Below, in pieces: positions 38,587 to 47,098 of a DNA stretch of 64,000 nt (the stretch's first letter is position 1; every line of letters begins with the position of its first letter). The notes under the pieces are model-generated. The model made no database searches. It was not told where the DNA came from and was given only the letters and a program-made list of their open reading frames with translations. The translations under genes and the position numbers were made by a program. The DNA comes from a virus: IMG/VR virus record IMGVR_UViG_3300027763_000043, positions 1 to 64,000 of that record. The stretch is one strand, 5' to 3'.

Positions 38587-38658
38587 TTGGATTCGTTGTG
38601 TAAATTGGGTGTTTTGGATTTACTTGGATATTATAACAAAAATGATCTCACTTGTCAA
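38587..38658 (-). promoter_or_regulatory. gp32 sigma70 promoter and unstructured leader
   Basis: TTGACA, 17-bp spacer, TATAAT (38658-38630); leader has three ATCCAA copies. Confidence 0.8.
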
Positions 38659-38980
38659 TAAATTGTTTGAGAGATTCAATTGTTTTAGTCATACTATTGA
38701 ACAGTACGTTCATATCTGTGTCTGGTGGGAATCCCATCAGAGCCACAGATTTGCGTAGATTCTCTTTCATCTCAACTGCTTGTGAGTCATCAGAAAGAGA
38801 AAGTCTTGTGTACATGATGCGTTGCTTTTCTAACAACAAAGACAGTTTATCAATATGTTCCAGTTTATCTTCACGAGTCATAGAACCAAAAGACAGGATA
38901 CTCCCGTAAATGAACTTTTGAAGTTCATTAATTTCTTCAAGTTCATCTTGAATCAACTCAGAGTCAAAGAATTTACTCAT
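38648..38980 (-). CDS. Conserved cyanophage protein (DUF1825-like)
   Basis: FFDSELIQ...LLEKQRIMYTRLSLSDD..A. Confidence 0.75.
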   Translation of the reverse strand: MSKFFDSELIQDELEEINELQKFIYGSILSFGSMTREDKLEHIDKLSLLLEKQRIMYTRLSLSDDSQAVEMKENLRKSVALMGFPPDTDMNVLFNSMTKTIESLKQFIDK

Positions 38981-39563
38981 TTACTATTTCCCGTAGAAGT
39001 TTTTTGTACTGAAACTTATCAATATTTAGAAATGGTTTGTACTTCTTAATTTTTAAACTTACTGTTTCCCATACAGGATCCAGAAGTTTTTTATCAAACA
39101 CATCACCAAACATGAATATTATATCATAAATCACCAGAGTTTCAATACCAATCTTCCCACTCAGGAATTTTTTTAGAATTGGTGGATGACCTTTCGAACA
39201 GTTGAAAGCATCTTCTAATTTTATCTCCGAGAACAATTCTTCCGATTGTTCTTTGAACAAGTAGGTCAAACTCTGCCGTCGTTTCATCCACTCGACGTAT
39301 GTTCTTTCTCCAGAATTTATAATTTCTCCGATCCATAAGTTTTGGGGATTATCTGTGGAAACAAAATTTGATACAAGAAAATCTACAATTTCCTTATCAG
39401 AGTACTTTCTTGAACTTTTTTCAAACCAATACTTATCCTTACGTTTGTTGAAGGAAGTCAGAGTTGCTCTAGACTTCCCACCATATTTAAAGAAATCGTA
39501 TTTTGGATTTGTAAAATGACTTTTGAGAGAAAGATAATGTTGATAACACTCAAAAGGACTCAT
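38973..39563 (-). CDS. gp59: Helicase loader gp59
   Basis: YLSLKSHFT..KYDFFKY.GK...FNKRKDKYWFEK. Confidence 0.88.
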   Translation of the reverse strand: MSPFECYQHYLSLKSHFTNPKYDFFKYGGKSRATLTSFNKRKDKYWFEKSSRKYSDKEIVDFLVSNFVSTDNPQNLWIGEIINSGERTYVEWMKRRQSLTYLFKEQSEELFSEIKLEDAFNCSKGHPPILKKFLSGKIGIETLVIYDIIFMFGDVFDKKLLDPVWETVSLKIKKYKPFLNIDKFQYKKLLREIVNE

Positions 39564-39820
39564 AGGGGAAGTTTTGCCCTCGACGTTTTTTTCATAAAAT
39601 TAAGATTGATAGCATCATACTTCAATCTTTCTTTGAGGGGTTTTGATACTAGTTTCGTAATAGAATCTACCTCGATCTTATTAATCTCACAATAATGAAC
39701 AATAGCATCAATGTAATTCATATTCTCATCCACAACAATCTTCTCTATCTCTAGAGAAAACTTGGAAGGAGTTAGAAACTTATCCTCTATTGCCTGTTCT
39801 AATTCTTTATTTGGTTCCAT
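39560..39820 (-). CDS. gp33: Late transcription coactivator gp33
   Basis: FSLEIEKIV...NYIDAIVHYCE...KPLKERL...LNF; start placed at MEPNKE. Confidence 0.88.
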   Translation of the reverse strand: MEPNKELEQAIEDKFLTPSKFSLEIEKIVVDENMNYIDAIVHYCEINKIEVDSITKLVSKPLKERLKYDAINLNFMKKTSRAKLPL

Positions 39821-40490
39821 AGAGTTCCAATTTATCTCTAACAAATGTTCTAATATATTCGGAGAGCAATTTGATGTACTTTCCTTTGTCGTATTCTTCA
39901 TAAACTACACATTCTCCATTTTCACAAGCCATAATAATGACTAATTTCTTTACCATTATACCAGTAATTTCGTATAACATACAACCATATGCCATACACT
40001 GAACAAAATAATGTTCAATCCACTCTCGTGGTTTTGGTTTTTTAGAAGTCTTAAAGTCGATAATTGCCAATTCTCCATTGTATTCTGCAATACAATCGAC
40101 TGTTCCCGCAATACCTAATTGCTTACTATATAGGGAACCTTCAAGAGCGTGAATATTATTTATACGATTGAGTTCCGCTTTAGCAATCTTAAAAAGAAAA
40201 TCCGGCAACGGCGGAACAGACGGTAAATCTTGATTTTTAAGATAGTTCTCCGTAAGAGAATGCATATCCGTACCACGAGCAGTAGCTGCCTTAGTAATCT
40301 TCTCCGCCTCCTCATCACCAATCCTTTTGCGCCATTTAACAAAGATTTCTTTATTGAAATGACTGGTCACCGAAGTAATCGAGACCAGTCGGAGAAGTTC
40401 TTCTTCATCAGGAACTTTATAATATCGAATACCATCTATAGTCTCCCGATCAAGTTTCGGGAGAATCAAATCAACATGATTGAACATCAA
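39807..40490 (-). CDS. PD-(D/E)XK exonuclease
   Basis: SITSV, RGTDMH, AGTVDCIAEY...IDFKTS, Q..AY. Confidence 0.88.
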   Translation of the reverse strand: MMFNHVDLILPKLDRETIDGIRYYKVPDEEELLRLVSITSVTSHFNKEIFVKWRKRIGDEEAEKITKAATARGTDMHSLTENYLKNQDLPSVPPLPDFLFKIAKAELNRINNIHALEGSLYSKQLGIAGTVDCIAEYNGELAIIDFKTSKKPKPREWIEHYFVQCMAYGCMLYEITGIMVKKLVIIMACENGECVVYEEYDKGKYIKLLSEYIRTFVRDKLELYGTK

Positions 40491-41242
40491 AAACCTGCTT
40501 CTATTTTTGCAAGGATGTATTCTTTGACAAGTCCAGAGCGGACAATATCATCAACACCAAACTCTATTATATCAATAGATGGCATTTTACGCAAGATGCT
40601 CATAAAATCAACAATTCCATTACGCTCATTAGATTTCTGCAAATCCGACTGAGTAGCATCTCCACAAAACATAATCTTAGAGTTCTCACCAACACGAGTA
40701 ATGATCGAGTCCAGTTCATGTGATGTACAATTTTGAAATTCATCTACGATCACAATTGCGTTATCAAGAGTAGTACCTCTTAAGAATGATGTGCTCCAGA
40801 ACTTAATTGTTTCCTGAGATTTGAGATTACCATAGAGCATCTCGAACTCAGCATCAGAAGGCATCTGGAACATATACTTCACCATATTCTTATAAGGAAT
40901 TTGGTAGATGTCCGACTTATCCTCATAAGAACCAGGAAGGAATCCAATCTCTCTGGTGGCAACTAAAGAACGAACCAGATAGATTTTCTCATAAGGAGTT
41001 CTTTCATCAAGAACTTCACGAAGAGCATTATAAAGAGTAATGAATGTTTTACCGGTTCCTGCACATCCGTAGGCAACTACATGTTTACCTTCGGCATATG
41101 CATCAAAAAGTTTTCTTTGATTGTCTGTTAAGGGTTCAATATCTAAAAGATATTCATTTCCCAGTGCTTTTTTTCTTTTTGGTTGGCGGCCAGCAAGATC
41201 TGGACCGGTTTGTTGTTCATTTGCTCTTTTTCTTCTTGCCAT
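40487..41242 (-). CDS. phoH: PhoH-like ATPase
   Basis: GCAGTGKT, IGFLPG, FLRGTT, DEFQN, GDATQSD, IVRSGLV. Confidence 0.95.
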   Translation of the reverse strand: MARRKRANEQQTGPDLAGRQPKRKKALGNEYLLDIEPLTDNQRKLFDAYAEGKHVVAYGCAGTGKTFITLYNALREVLDERTPYEKIYLVRSLVATREIGFLPGSYEDKSDIYQIPYKNMVKYMFQMPSDAEFEMLYGNLKSQETIKFWSTSFLRGTTLDNAIVIVDEFQNCTSHELDSIITRVGENSKIMFCGDATQSDLQKSNERNGIVDFMSILRKMPSIDIIEFGVDDIVRSGLVKEYILAKIEAGF

Positions 41243-41251
41243 ATTAGTAGT

Positions 41252-41494
41252 TTAGATTTTTTTGACTTTTGATTTGGGAGCTTTGCTTGCATTGCCTAGA
41301 ACTTCGTTCCATCCTGGATGTTTGGAAACCAACTTATTACGCCAATCTCCAACTTCTCCCGGAGTCGCACATCCTTGCGACCAATCTCTTTGCCATTCGG
41401 GATTGTCCTGATACCACTGAGTGATGTCATGAACACTCATTTCAATCACTTTAGTCTCGCCAGTTTCTTTATGAATAATCGGATAAATTGCCAA
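41252..41494 (-). CDS. Conserved hypothetical protein
   Basis: 80 aa, lies between thyX and phoH. Confidence 0.7.
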   Translation of the reverse strand: MAIYPIIHKETGETKVIEMSVHDITQWYQDNPEWQRDWSQGCATPGEVGDWRNKLVSKHPGWNEVLGNASKAPKSKVKKI

Positions 41495-41523
41495 AATTAA
41501 ATCTCCATTTTATATGACTTTAT

Positions 41524-42174
41524 TTAGATGCTCCACTCATCAGAACCACCAAGTGCTTCATAGCAAGTAGGAAATTGTTCTCCAAATACTGCTTTACAGG
41601 ATTTGGCAATATCCATATGTTCTTTCTGAGTTCCCGATTTTTCTCTGAGAGCAATGTAGGTTATCCACGACCTGCAAGAACCCGTCATATAAATCCGTGT
41701 GGGAACTGCCAGTGGCAATACAAACCTTGCACATTCCTTTGCCACATCTGCCTCTAAGAGTTCCTTGTAGAGGTTCTGAGCAGCATCAAAGTGATCTTGG
41801 ATCTTGGAGTAGAGTTCAATCTTAAGATCCACTGGAAGGTCATCTGTGGAGTTCTGACGGTTCTTTGTGTCTTGCCTACGAAGTTCTGGTAGAGGAATAT
41901 CCTCAGCAATCAAATTCGTGTCAGCATAGCGTTGACTGAACTCTTGAAATGTGAAACTACGGTGACGCAGAATCTGTGCCGCAATACCACGAGTGGTCTC
42001 AATCTCCAGAGTCATAGAAGACTGCTCAAACACAGACCAATGATTATGCTTAATGCAATAAGCAAGCAACTTGGAATAGTTTTGGTTGTCCTGATTCGCA
42101 GGATTAGAAACTCTCGCAATAAATGCCATTGTTTTTTCTGCATCTGGTGTAATACTAATCAATTTTACAGTCAT
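41524..42174 (-). CDS. thyX: Flavin-dependent thymidylate synthase
   Basis: HWSVFEQ and the RHRSFTFQEFSQRY ThyX motif. Confidence 0.95.
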   Translation of the reverse strand: MTVKLISITPDAEKTMAFIARVSNPANQDNQNYSKLLAYCIKHNHWSVFEQSSMTLEIETTRGIAAQILRHRSFTFQEFSQRYADTNLIAEDIPLPELRRQDTKNRQNSTDDLPVDLKIELYSKIQDHFDAAQNLYKELLEADVAKECARFVLPLAVPTRIYMTGSCRSWITYIALREKSGTQKEHMDIAKSCKAVFGEQFPTCYEALGGSDEWSI

Positions 42175-42338
42175 TTTTTTCCAAATCCTTTTGAGTATTT
42201 TGCTTCGATTTGTGCAAGTTCTTCTTTTACAACTCGCAATTGTCCTTTCATTTCTTTAATTTTCTCACCAGAATATAAATGATCCTGCTTTGTAAGTTTC
42301 TCAAGCAACTTCACTAATTGTTTTGCTTTTTTAGTCAT
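42171..42338 (-). CDS. Small hypothetical protein
   Basis: MTKKAKQLVKLLEKL...KGFGKK; overlaps both neighbours. Confidence 0.65.
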   Translation of the reverse strand: MTKKAKQLVKLLEKLTKQDHLYSGEKIKEMKGQLRVVKEELAQIEAKYSKGFGKK

Positions 42339-42489
42339 CGTCATCCTCAAAGATTTCGTCATAATCCGCTTCTCTTGGTTTAATATCATCATATCGATAT
42401 GACGATACATCAGAATAAATTTCTGCCTTCAAAGAATCAACAAGAAGTTCCATATTTCGAACAATCAATTTTAGTTTGTCTTTGTTCAT
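42331..42489 (-). CDS. Small acidic hypothetical protein (52 aa, not in ORF track)
   Basis: MNKDKLKLIVRNMELLVDSLKAEIYSD...DYDEIFEDDDD. Confidence 0.75.
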   Translation of the reverse strand: MNKDKLKLIVRNMELLVDSLKAEIYSDVSSYRYDDIKPREADYDEIFEDDDD

Positions 42490-42520
42490 GGGTTAAAAAT
42501 GTTTCAGTTTATTTTAGCAC

Positions 42521-42546
42521 AAAAAAAGGAGGGAATCAATCCCTCC
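42521..42546 (-). terminator. Intrinsic terminator
   Basis: GGAGGGA-TTGAT-TCCCTCC-TTTTTTT. Confidence 0.8.
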
Positions 42547-42552
42547 AGATAA

Positions 42553-42645
42553 TCAGCGCATTGCCATTGCTAGTTTTGCTTGGTGTTTGCGTTGTTCTTT
42601 TTCTTTTTGTTTTTTGATTAAAATAAGTTGCCAGTTGTTTTTCAT
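42553..42645 (-). CDS. 30-aa basic peptide downstream of the glutamine riboswitch (not in ORF track)
   Basis: AAGGAG RBS; MKNNWQLILIKKQKEKEQRKHQAKLAMAMR. Confidence 0.7.
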   Translation of the reverse strand: MKNNWQLILIKKQKEKEQRKHQAKLAMAMR

Positions 42646-42675
42646 AAGAGATGCTCCTTTACTTTGTGGGTATTG

Positions 42676-42724
42676 GTGCGTTGCTTCCCGTATTGGTACT
42701 TCCACTGGTTTCCCAGTCAACGAT
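42676..42724 (-). ncRNA. glnA-type (glutamine-I) riboswitch
   Basis: AUCGUUG-ACUGG-GAAA-CCAGU-GGAAGUA-CC-AAUAC-GG-GAAG-CAACG matches the glnA aptamer three-way junction and E-loop. Confidence 0.85.
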
Positions 42725-42731
42725 TGCAATT

Positions 42732-43961
42732 TTATTTGCCGGGAAGCATCTTGACTCCTAATGCCTTATTGCGAGCAGTATCAGATTGACGTGCCTGATT
42801 AAGTTTCTTAGCGGCATTCGCAGCATCAGATTGCTTATAAGCACCAGCAAATAAAGATCTACCAATTCTTTCTAATGGATTGGAGGATGTCTGCGCCAGA
42901 CTCTTAGTATCTGATCTCTTATAAACTGCCTTACCATCTTTATATGCAAGATTACCAACTTCTTGTTTGCCAGTTTTAGGATTAGTAACAACAGAAGTCT
43001 TACCTAACTGAGCAGTTTTTCCTCCACTCGTAATGGTATTCTTTTTGGTATCGAAAGTAGTCTTACCACCAATACCTTTGATTGCTCCACCCGCCTGACC
43101 TTGACGATTAGCAGTTGCAATTGCTCTTCTTTCTTTTGCATTTGCACCAGCAGCAACATCAAATGCCTTTGATGCTGCCATAGATCCACCTACAGCACCA
43201 CCAACTGTTCCAACTGGACCAGCAACGCTTCCTCCTGCACCACCAAGAGCACCACCAGCGGCAACCACAGCACCTTTTGCCAATGATCTTGCCCATCCAG
43301 ATCCTTTTGATCTTTCATCAGCAACATCAAGTGCGGCAGAAGCAGGTCCGATAAGTTTTCCAGCACCCCTAAGAATACCTTTTCCTACAGATTTTGTTGC
43401 TGTTTTGGCGGCCGCCTTTTCTGCTTCCTTCGCAGCAGAAGAGGCACCTGAAGGAAGTGCTTTTGGTTTACTACCAGAAGGTAATTTGCCCTTAGGTTCA
43501 TTAAGAACTTTCACATCTACTGGTTTAACTGATGTATCCACAACTGATGATGAAGATTTATTTGCAAGATTACCAGATTTTGGTATTGTTGCTAATGCAT
43601 TAGAAGATTTTGATGTAGTTGCCAATGCACCAGATTTTGGTGTTGTTGTTAATGCACTAGAAGATTTTGGTCGTAATGCCAATGCACCACCTTTTCCAGT
43701 TTCACCCCTAACATCAGATCCAGGTACTTTAGTTGTTTTTGGTTCTGGAATCTCCATTTGTCCAGGAGATGTTCTTGGCCCTTCAGGAGATCCGGCAGGT
43801 AATCTTCTGGATGCTGGTGTTGGTGTAGGATCAGTTCCAGTAAATGGAATTCTTTTAGGATTTCTAAAATTCTGAGCAGTTCCCCTATTTGTAAGTAATC
43901 TACCTTGCACCTCCTCTTCACTCAAATAGCATTCATTTAAAAACTGATTAAACGATTTCAT
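42732..43961 (-). CDS. Putative internal head / ejected protein with glycine zipper
   Basis: MKSFNQFL..E leader; basic; GALGGAGG..GGAVGG; TATAAATA at 43987-43980. Confidence 0.55.
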   Translation of the reverse strand: MKSFNQFLNECYLSEEEVQGRLLTNRGTAQNFRNPKRIPFTGTDPTPTPASRRLPAGSPEGPRTSPGQMEIPEPKTTKVPGSDVRGETGKGGALALRPKSSSALTTTPKSGALATTSKSSNALATIPKSGNLANKSSSSVVDTSVKPVDVKVLNEPKGKLPSGSKPKALPSGASSAAKEAEKAAAKTATKSVGKGILRGAGKLIGPASAALDVADERSKGSGWARSLAKGAVVAAGGALGGAGGSVAGPVGTVGGAVGGSMAASKAFDVAAGANAKERRAIATANRQGQAGGAIKGIGGKTTFDTKKNTITSGGKTAQLGKTSVVTNPKTGKQEVGNLAYKDGKAVYKRSDTKSLAQTSSNPLERIGRSLFAGAYKQSDAANAAKKLNQARQSDTARNKALGVKMLPGK

Positions 43962-43979
43962 TTTTTTCGTCTTTTTAGT

Positions 43980-43987
43980 TATTTATA
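43980..43987 (-). promoter_or_regulatory. T4 late promoter
   Basis: TATAAATA. Confidence 0.8.
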
Positions 43988-44002
43988 AAATTGCCCATAA
44001 AC

Positions 44003-44031
44003 AAAAAAGTACCGGAAAGATCTTCCAGTAC
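44003..44031 (-). terminator. Intrinsic terminator
   Basis: GTACTGGAA-GATCT-TTCCGGTAC-TTTTTT. Confidence 0.75.
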
Positions 44032-44039
44032 CTTTAAAA

Positions 44040-44387
44040 TCACTTTCTCTTCTTAGGTTGAGGTGGTTTATATCCCCAAAGTCTAGGATTTACACTACCC
44101 TCAGTCCACTCAATAGATTTAAGACAATCACCGAATTTATCATAGTACATATCAAAAATACCAACTTTCTTACTCGTTTTGATGATGTCATGAAATACAT
44201 TACCATCAATTTCATAAGTAACTAGATGAGAATCAAGAGGTAGTTGTTTATTCTTTGCATCCTGTCTTGTACACCGTTCTTGTAGAATTTCACACCCATA
44301 ACGAGACCTAGAGATTTCTCTTTCTTGATTAGACCAGACTTCAGGTTTATTCTCTTTACTAGATGTTTTTTCCTTTTCTTCCGCCAT
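44040..44387 (-). CDS. Hypothetical cyanophage-type protein
   Basis: IFDMYYDKF...VNPRLWG; start uncertain (44414 or 44387). Confidence 0.7.
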   Translation of the reverse strand: MAEEKEKTSSKENKPEVWSNQEREISRSRYGCEILQERCTRQDAKNKQLPLDSHLVTYEIDGNVFHDIIKTSKKVGIFDMYYDKFGDCLKSIEWTEGSVNPRLWGYKPPQPKKRK

Positions 44388-44442
44388 TGTATTAGTTTTG
44401 GTTATATTTTCCAAATTTATTCCTCATGATTAAAAATTAAAT

Positions 44443-45024
44443 TTATCCTCGATTACCCCATTGGATATCCGGATATGCTTCAGAAACAATTTCTTTTGTA
44501 ATCTTATATTTTGTTGCAAGTTTCTTATCCTTCACAAGACACAGAATTTCTGCTTCTAGAGGATGAAGACCTTGAAGAATGTTGATAAACATACTTTCTC
44601 TACGAAGAGAACTCAGTCCATCATTACCACCTTTGATAAAATTATAAAACTTCTGATATTCTTTACGAATTGAAGATCTTCCCTGATCTTGAGAACCTAA
44701 TGAATTAGAACCAAGTTCACTCATCTTATCAACGGCATCATTAATCTTTTCAGAGAGTGTACCACTGAAAGAATTTTGCTCACTTGTTGCTGCATAAGGA
44801 ACTTCACCTTCTGGAAGAACAGAAGTAATACTTTCATCAAAATTCCAAATAAAAATTGCCTTCAAAGAAGGGTCTTCATATCTTTTCAGTAGTTCTACCT
44901 TTTTTGCATTTGAACGTTGTTTAGATACAAGATTCAAAACTTCAAAAGAAAAAGGATTTGAAGGAAGATCTTCAGGTACTGTTTCTACCTTTTTGGTCGT
45001 TGCTTTAGTTTTTGTTACGGTCAT
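44443..45024 (-). CDS. Conserved T4-like hypothetical protein
   Basis: LPEGEVPY...RRESMFINILQGLHPLEA. Confidence 0.75.
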   Translation of the reverse strand: MTVTKTKATTKKVETVPEDLPSNPFSFEVLNLVSKQRSNAKKVELLKRYEDPSLKAIFIWNFDESITSVLPEGEVPYAATSEQNSFSGTLSEKINDAVDKMSELGSNSLGSQDQGRSSIRKEYQKFYNFIKGGNDGLSSLRRESMFINILQGLHPLEAEILCLVKDKKLATKYKITKEIVSEAYPDIQWGNRG

Positions 45025-45052
45025 GTCAAAAAATTTTTATTAATTGTACAAT

Positions 45053-45277
45053 TTATTCCTCATCATCCTCATCATCGTATCCAAAATCACTTTCAAAACG
45101 AAATGCAATGACTTCATCAGGAATCAGATTTCCCTGCGAATCAAACATTTCTGGATGTGGCATTGGAACTTCACGATAGTTCATCATATATTCTCTTGCT
45201 ACCCAACCACCGATGAGGCCCACTATTAGAAACAAAACGGTTAGAAATGAACCTAGGACTAGACTAACTGCTAACAT
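45053..45277 (-). CDS. Small membrane protein
   Basis: One TM helix, then HPEMFDSQGN. Confidence 0.7.
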   Translation of the reverse strand: MLAVSLVLGSFLTVLFLIVGLIGGWVAREYMMNYREVPMPHPEMFDSQGNLIPDEVIAFRFESDFGYDDEDDEE

Positions 45278-45482
45278 TTTTTTTCTCCGGGAATTTAGTG
45301 CGTTTCCTTGACTCAAAAGAAAATTGAAAATGAATGATGATTTCTCGATTCAGAAAACAAATCATCTTCTCAAAAATAATATGAAATGGATAGGTCTTTT
45401 TTCTCTTTCCTCCCGTGAGAATGAGTTCGACTCCACGATTTATACCGTGGTTCTCAGAGTTATTTATGTTCCTATTAGACAA
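45264..45482 (-). CDS. Hypothetical protein
   Basis: 72-aa ORF overlapping both neighbours. Confidence 0.55.
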   Translation of the reverse strand: MSNRNINNSENHGINRGVELILTGGKRKKTYPFHIIFEKMICFLNREIIIHFQFSFESRKRTKFPEKKNVSS

Positions 45483-45711
45483 CTTGCTTCTCTTTCAAAA
45501 ACTTAACAGTATCAGTGCATCCACCAAGTTTTTGATCATCACAAAGAACCTGTGGGAAAGTAGAACCTTCACCAAACTCAGAATAGAACTCTTCTTTGGT
45601 AAAGTCTTCTCCCAAAGTATACATTACAAAGTTATTTCCTGTCAACTCTAGAACTTGTTTGACTTTATAACAATGTGGGCAATCTTGTTTCGAATAAACT
45701 GTGAAATTCAT
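45475..45711 (-). CDS. nrdC: Glutaredoxin
   Basis: CPHC, TFPQV, GGCTD. Confidence 0.92.
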   Translation of the reverse strand: MNFTVYSKQDCPHCYKVKQVLELTGNNFVMYTLGEDFTKEEFYSEFGEGSTFPQVLCDDQKLGGCTDTVKFLKEKQVV

Positions 45712-45743
45712 AATTGTTTAATATCTAAAGTAATTTATATAAG

Positions 45744-45843
45744 AAAAAAGAGGAGATTTCTCCCCTCTCGTTATACCACCAACCGACCTTTCCCACCACA
45801 GAAAGGATCTTCATTCCCAAAGATACAAGGATTTTGAAGACCT
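45744..45843 (-). ncRNA. Stand-alone ~100-nt structured RNA (wcaG-motif-like)
   Basis: Own consensus promoter; two stems; two UGGUG motifs; intrinsic terminator; no ORF. Confidence 0.6.
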
Positions 45844-45847
45844 TGAT

Positions 45848-45876
45848 ATTATAAGGGATTTTGAATCAAATGTCAA
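45848..45876 (-). promoter_or_regulatory. Consensus sigma70 promoter
   Basis: TTGACA, 17-bp spacer, TATAAT. Confidence 0.85.
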
Positions 45877-46471
45877 GTATTCTCTTTTTACTCACCAAAA
45901 CCCATGCATCAACAGTTACATTATTAGATATTTCCATAGTAGTAGAGCATAAGTTTACAATTTTCATGTGTGGTTCTATAAATGAAATCATTTCAGAACA
46001 AGTCCTTCTTGGTGGACCACAATATACTTCTTTACCATCATACGATCCAATAATACTTAACCATAACCCACTTGGTGATATGATTCTACTTACCTCATAA
46101 GCAAATTTTTCAATGTCACCGTAATTCATTCCATGAATACATCCCCGATCAAAAACAAGATCATAATAATTGTCGGATAATGTATTATTTTCCAAAAAAT
46201 TCATTACATCAAAATCAACTTGAAGATTTTTATTCTTCAAATTACTTTTAGCAGTATCAATTGCTCTTTCAGATATATCAATCCCAGTAACTTTAATACC
46301 TTGACTAGCCATCCATAAGGAATTAGTACCAAGACCACATCCAATATCAATTGCAGTTTTAAATTTTATGTTATTGGAAGAAAAAAATGATACCAAATTT
46401 TTATCGGGAATATATGTTTCCCATGGTAGATTATCGATATCATTATTATTCCAGTATTCTATCCAGTTCAT
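45866..46471 (-). CDS. Class I SAM methyltransferase (TPMT/TehB-like)
   Basis: LPWE, DIGCGLG, GIDIS, DRGCIH. Confidence 0.85.
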   Translation of the reverse strand: MNWIEYWNNNDIDNLPWETYIPDKNLVSFFSSNNIKFKTAIDIGCGLGTNSLWMASQGIKVTGIDISERAIDTAKSNLKNKNLQVDFDVMNFLENNTLSDNYYDLVFDRGCIHGMNYGDIEKFAYEVSRIISPSGLWLSIIGSYDGKEVYCGPPRRTCSEMISFIEPHMKIVNLCSTTMEISNNVTVDAWVLVSKKRILDI

Positions 46472-46472
46472 T

Positions 46473-47096
46473 TTAATCCAAAGAATTTATATTAAAAGAT
46501 ATACTTATTCTTTCACTATCGGAAGAATTGCTTCGCACACCATGATCCAACCAACTGGGAAATAATATTATCATTCCGGTAACTGGTGTAATTTCATAAT
46601 CTTGACTGGAATAATCGGATGAAGATCTACTGAATATATTAGAGATCTCCATATATTTTGTTGGAGTTCTAAAATACAAATTCCCATCCTTTCCACTAGT
46701 TTTATAATAATAAATTCCAGAAATATCACAACTCTGATGATGATGAGTTTGTGTATAATTTCCCCTATCTGAAAATGTTACCCAAGAATTTTTTATATTA
46801 AGATTAATAGGGCCTTTTATGCCAATATTGGAAAAATACTGATTTACATTTTCTGATATTTTCTGTACTAATTCCGAACAACTATATTCATTTAAAAATT
46901 TAGAAGTTGTTATGTTACCATAAACTTTTGTATTTAATGGATCATGTTCGGAATGAAAATAATTTGAGCTTACAATATCATTATTAGATTTTACAAGATC
47001 AATTGCATCTTTAATTTCTTTCTGAATTGTATCTAGGTCCGTATATTCAAATATATTTGAATATATTGGAGTTGAAAATAAATTCCAAATGGTCAT
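46473..47096 (-). CDS. 2OG-Fe(II) oxygenase (TIGR02466-like)
   Basis: HHH...SGIYY...FPSWLDHGV...RISISFN. Confidence 0.85.
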   Translation of the reverse strand: MTIWNLFSTPIYSNIFEYTDLDTIQKEIKDAIDLVKSNNDIVSSNYFHSEHDPLNTKVYGNITTSKFLNEYSCSELVQKISENVNQYFSNIGIKGPINLNIKNSWVTFSDRGNYTQTHHHQSCDISGIYYYKTSGKDGNLYFRTPTKYMEISNIFSRSSSDYSSQDYEITPVTGMIILFPSWLDHGVRSNSSDSERISISFNINSLD

Positions 47097-47098
47097 TT

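Noticed and set aside
39807-40490. Cas4-like nuclease suggesting a CRISPR system
   Set aside because: Core T4-like cyanophage exonuclease in its usual phoH-gp33 context; no repeat-spacer array seen anywhere in the window
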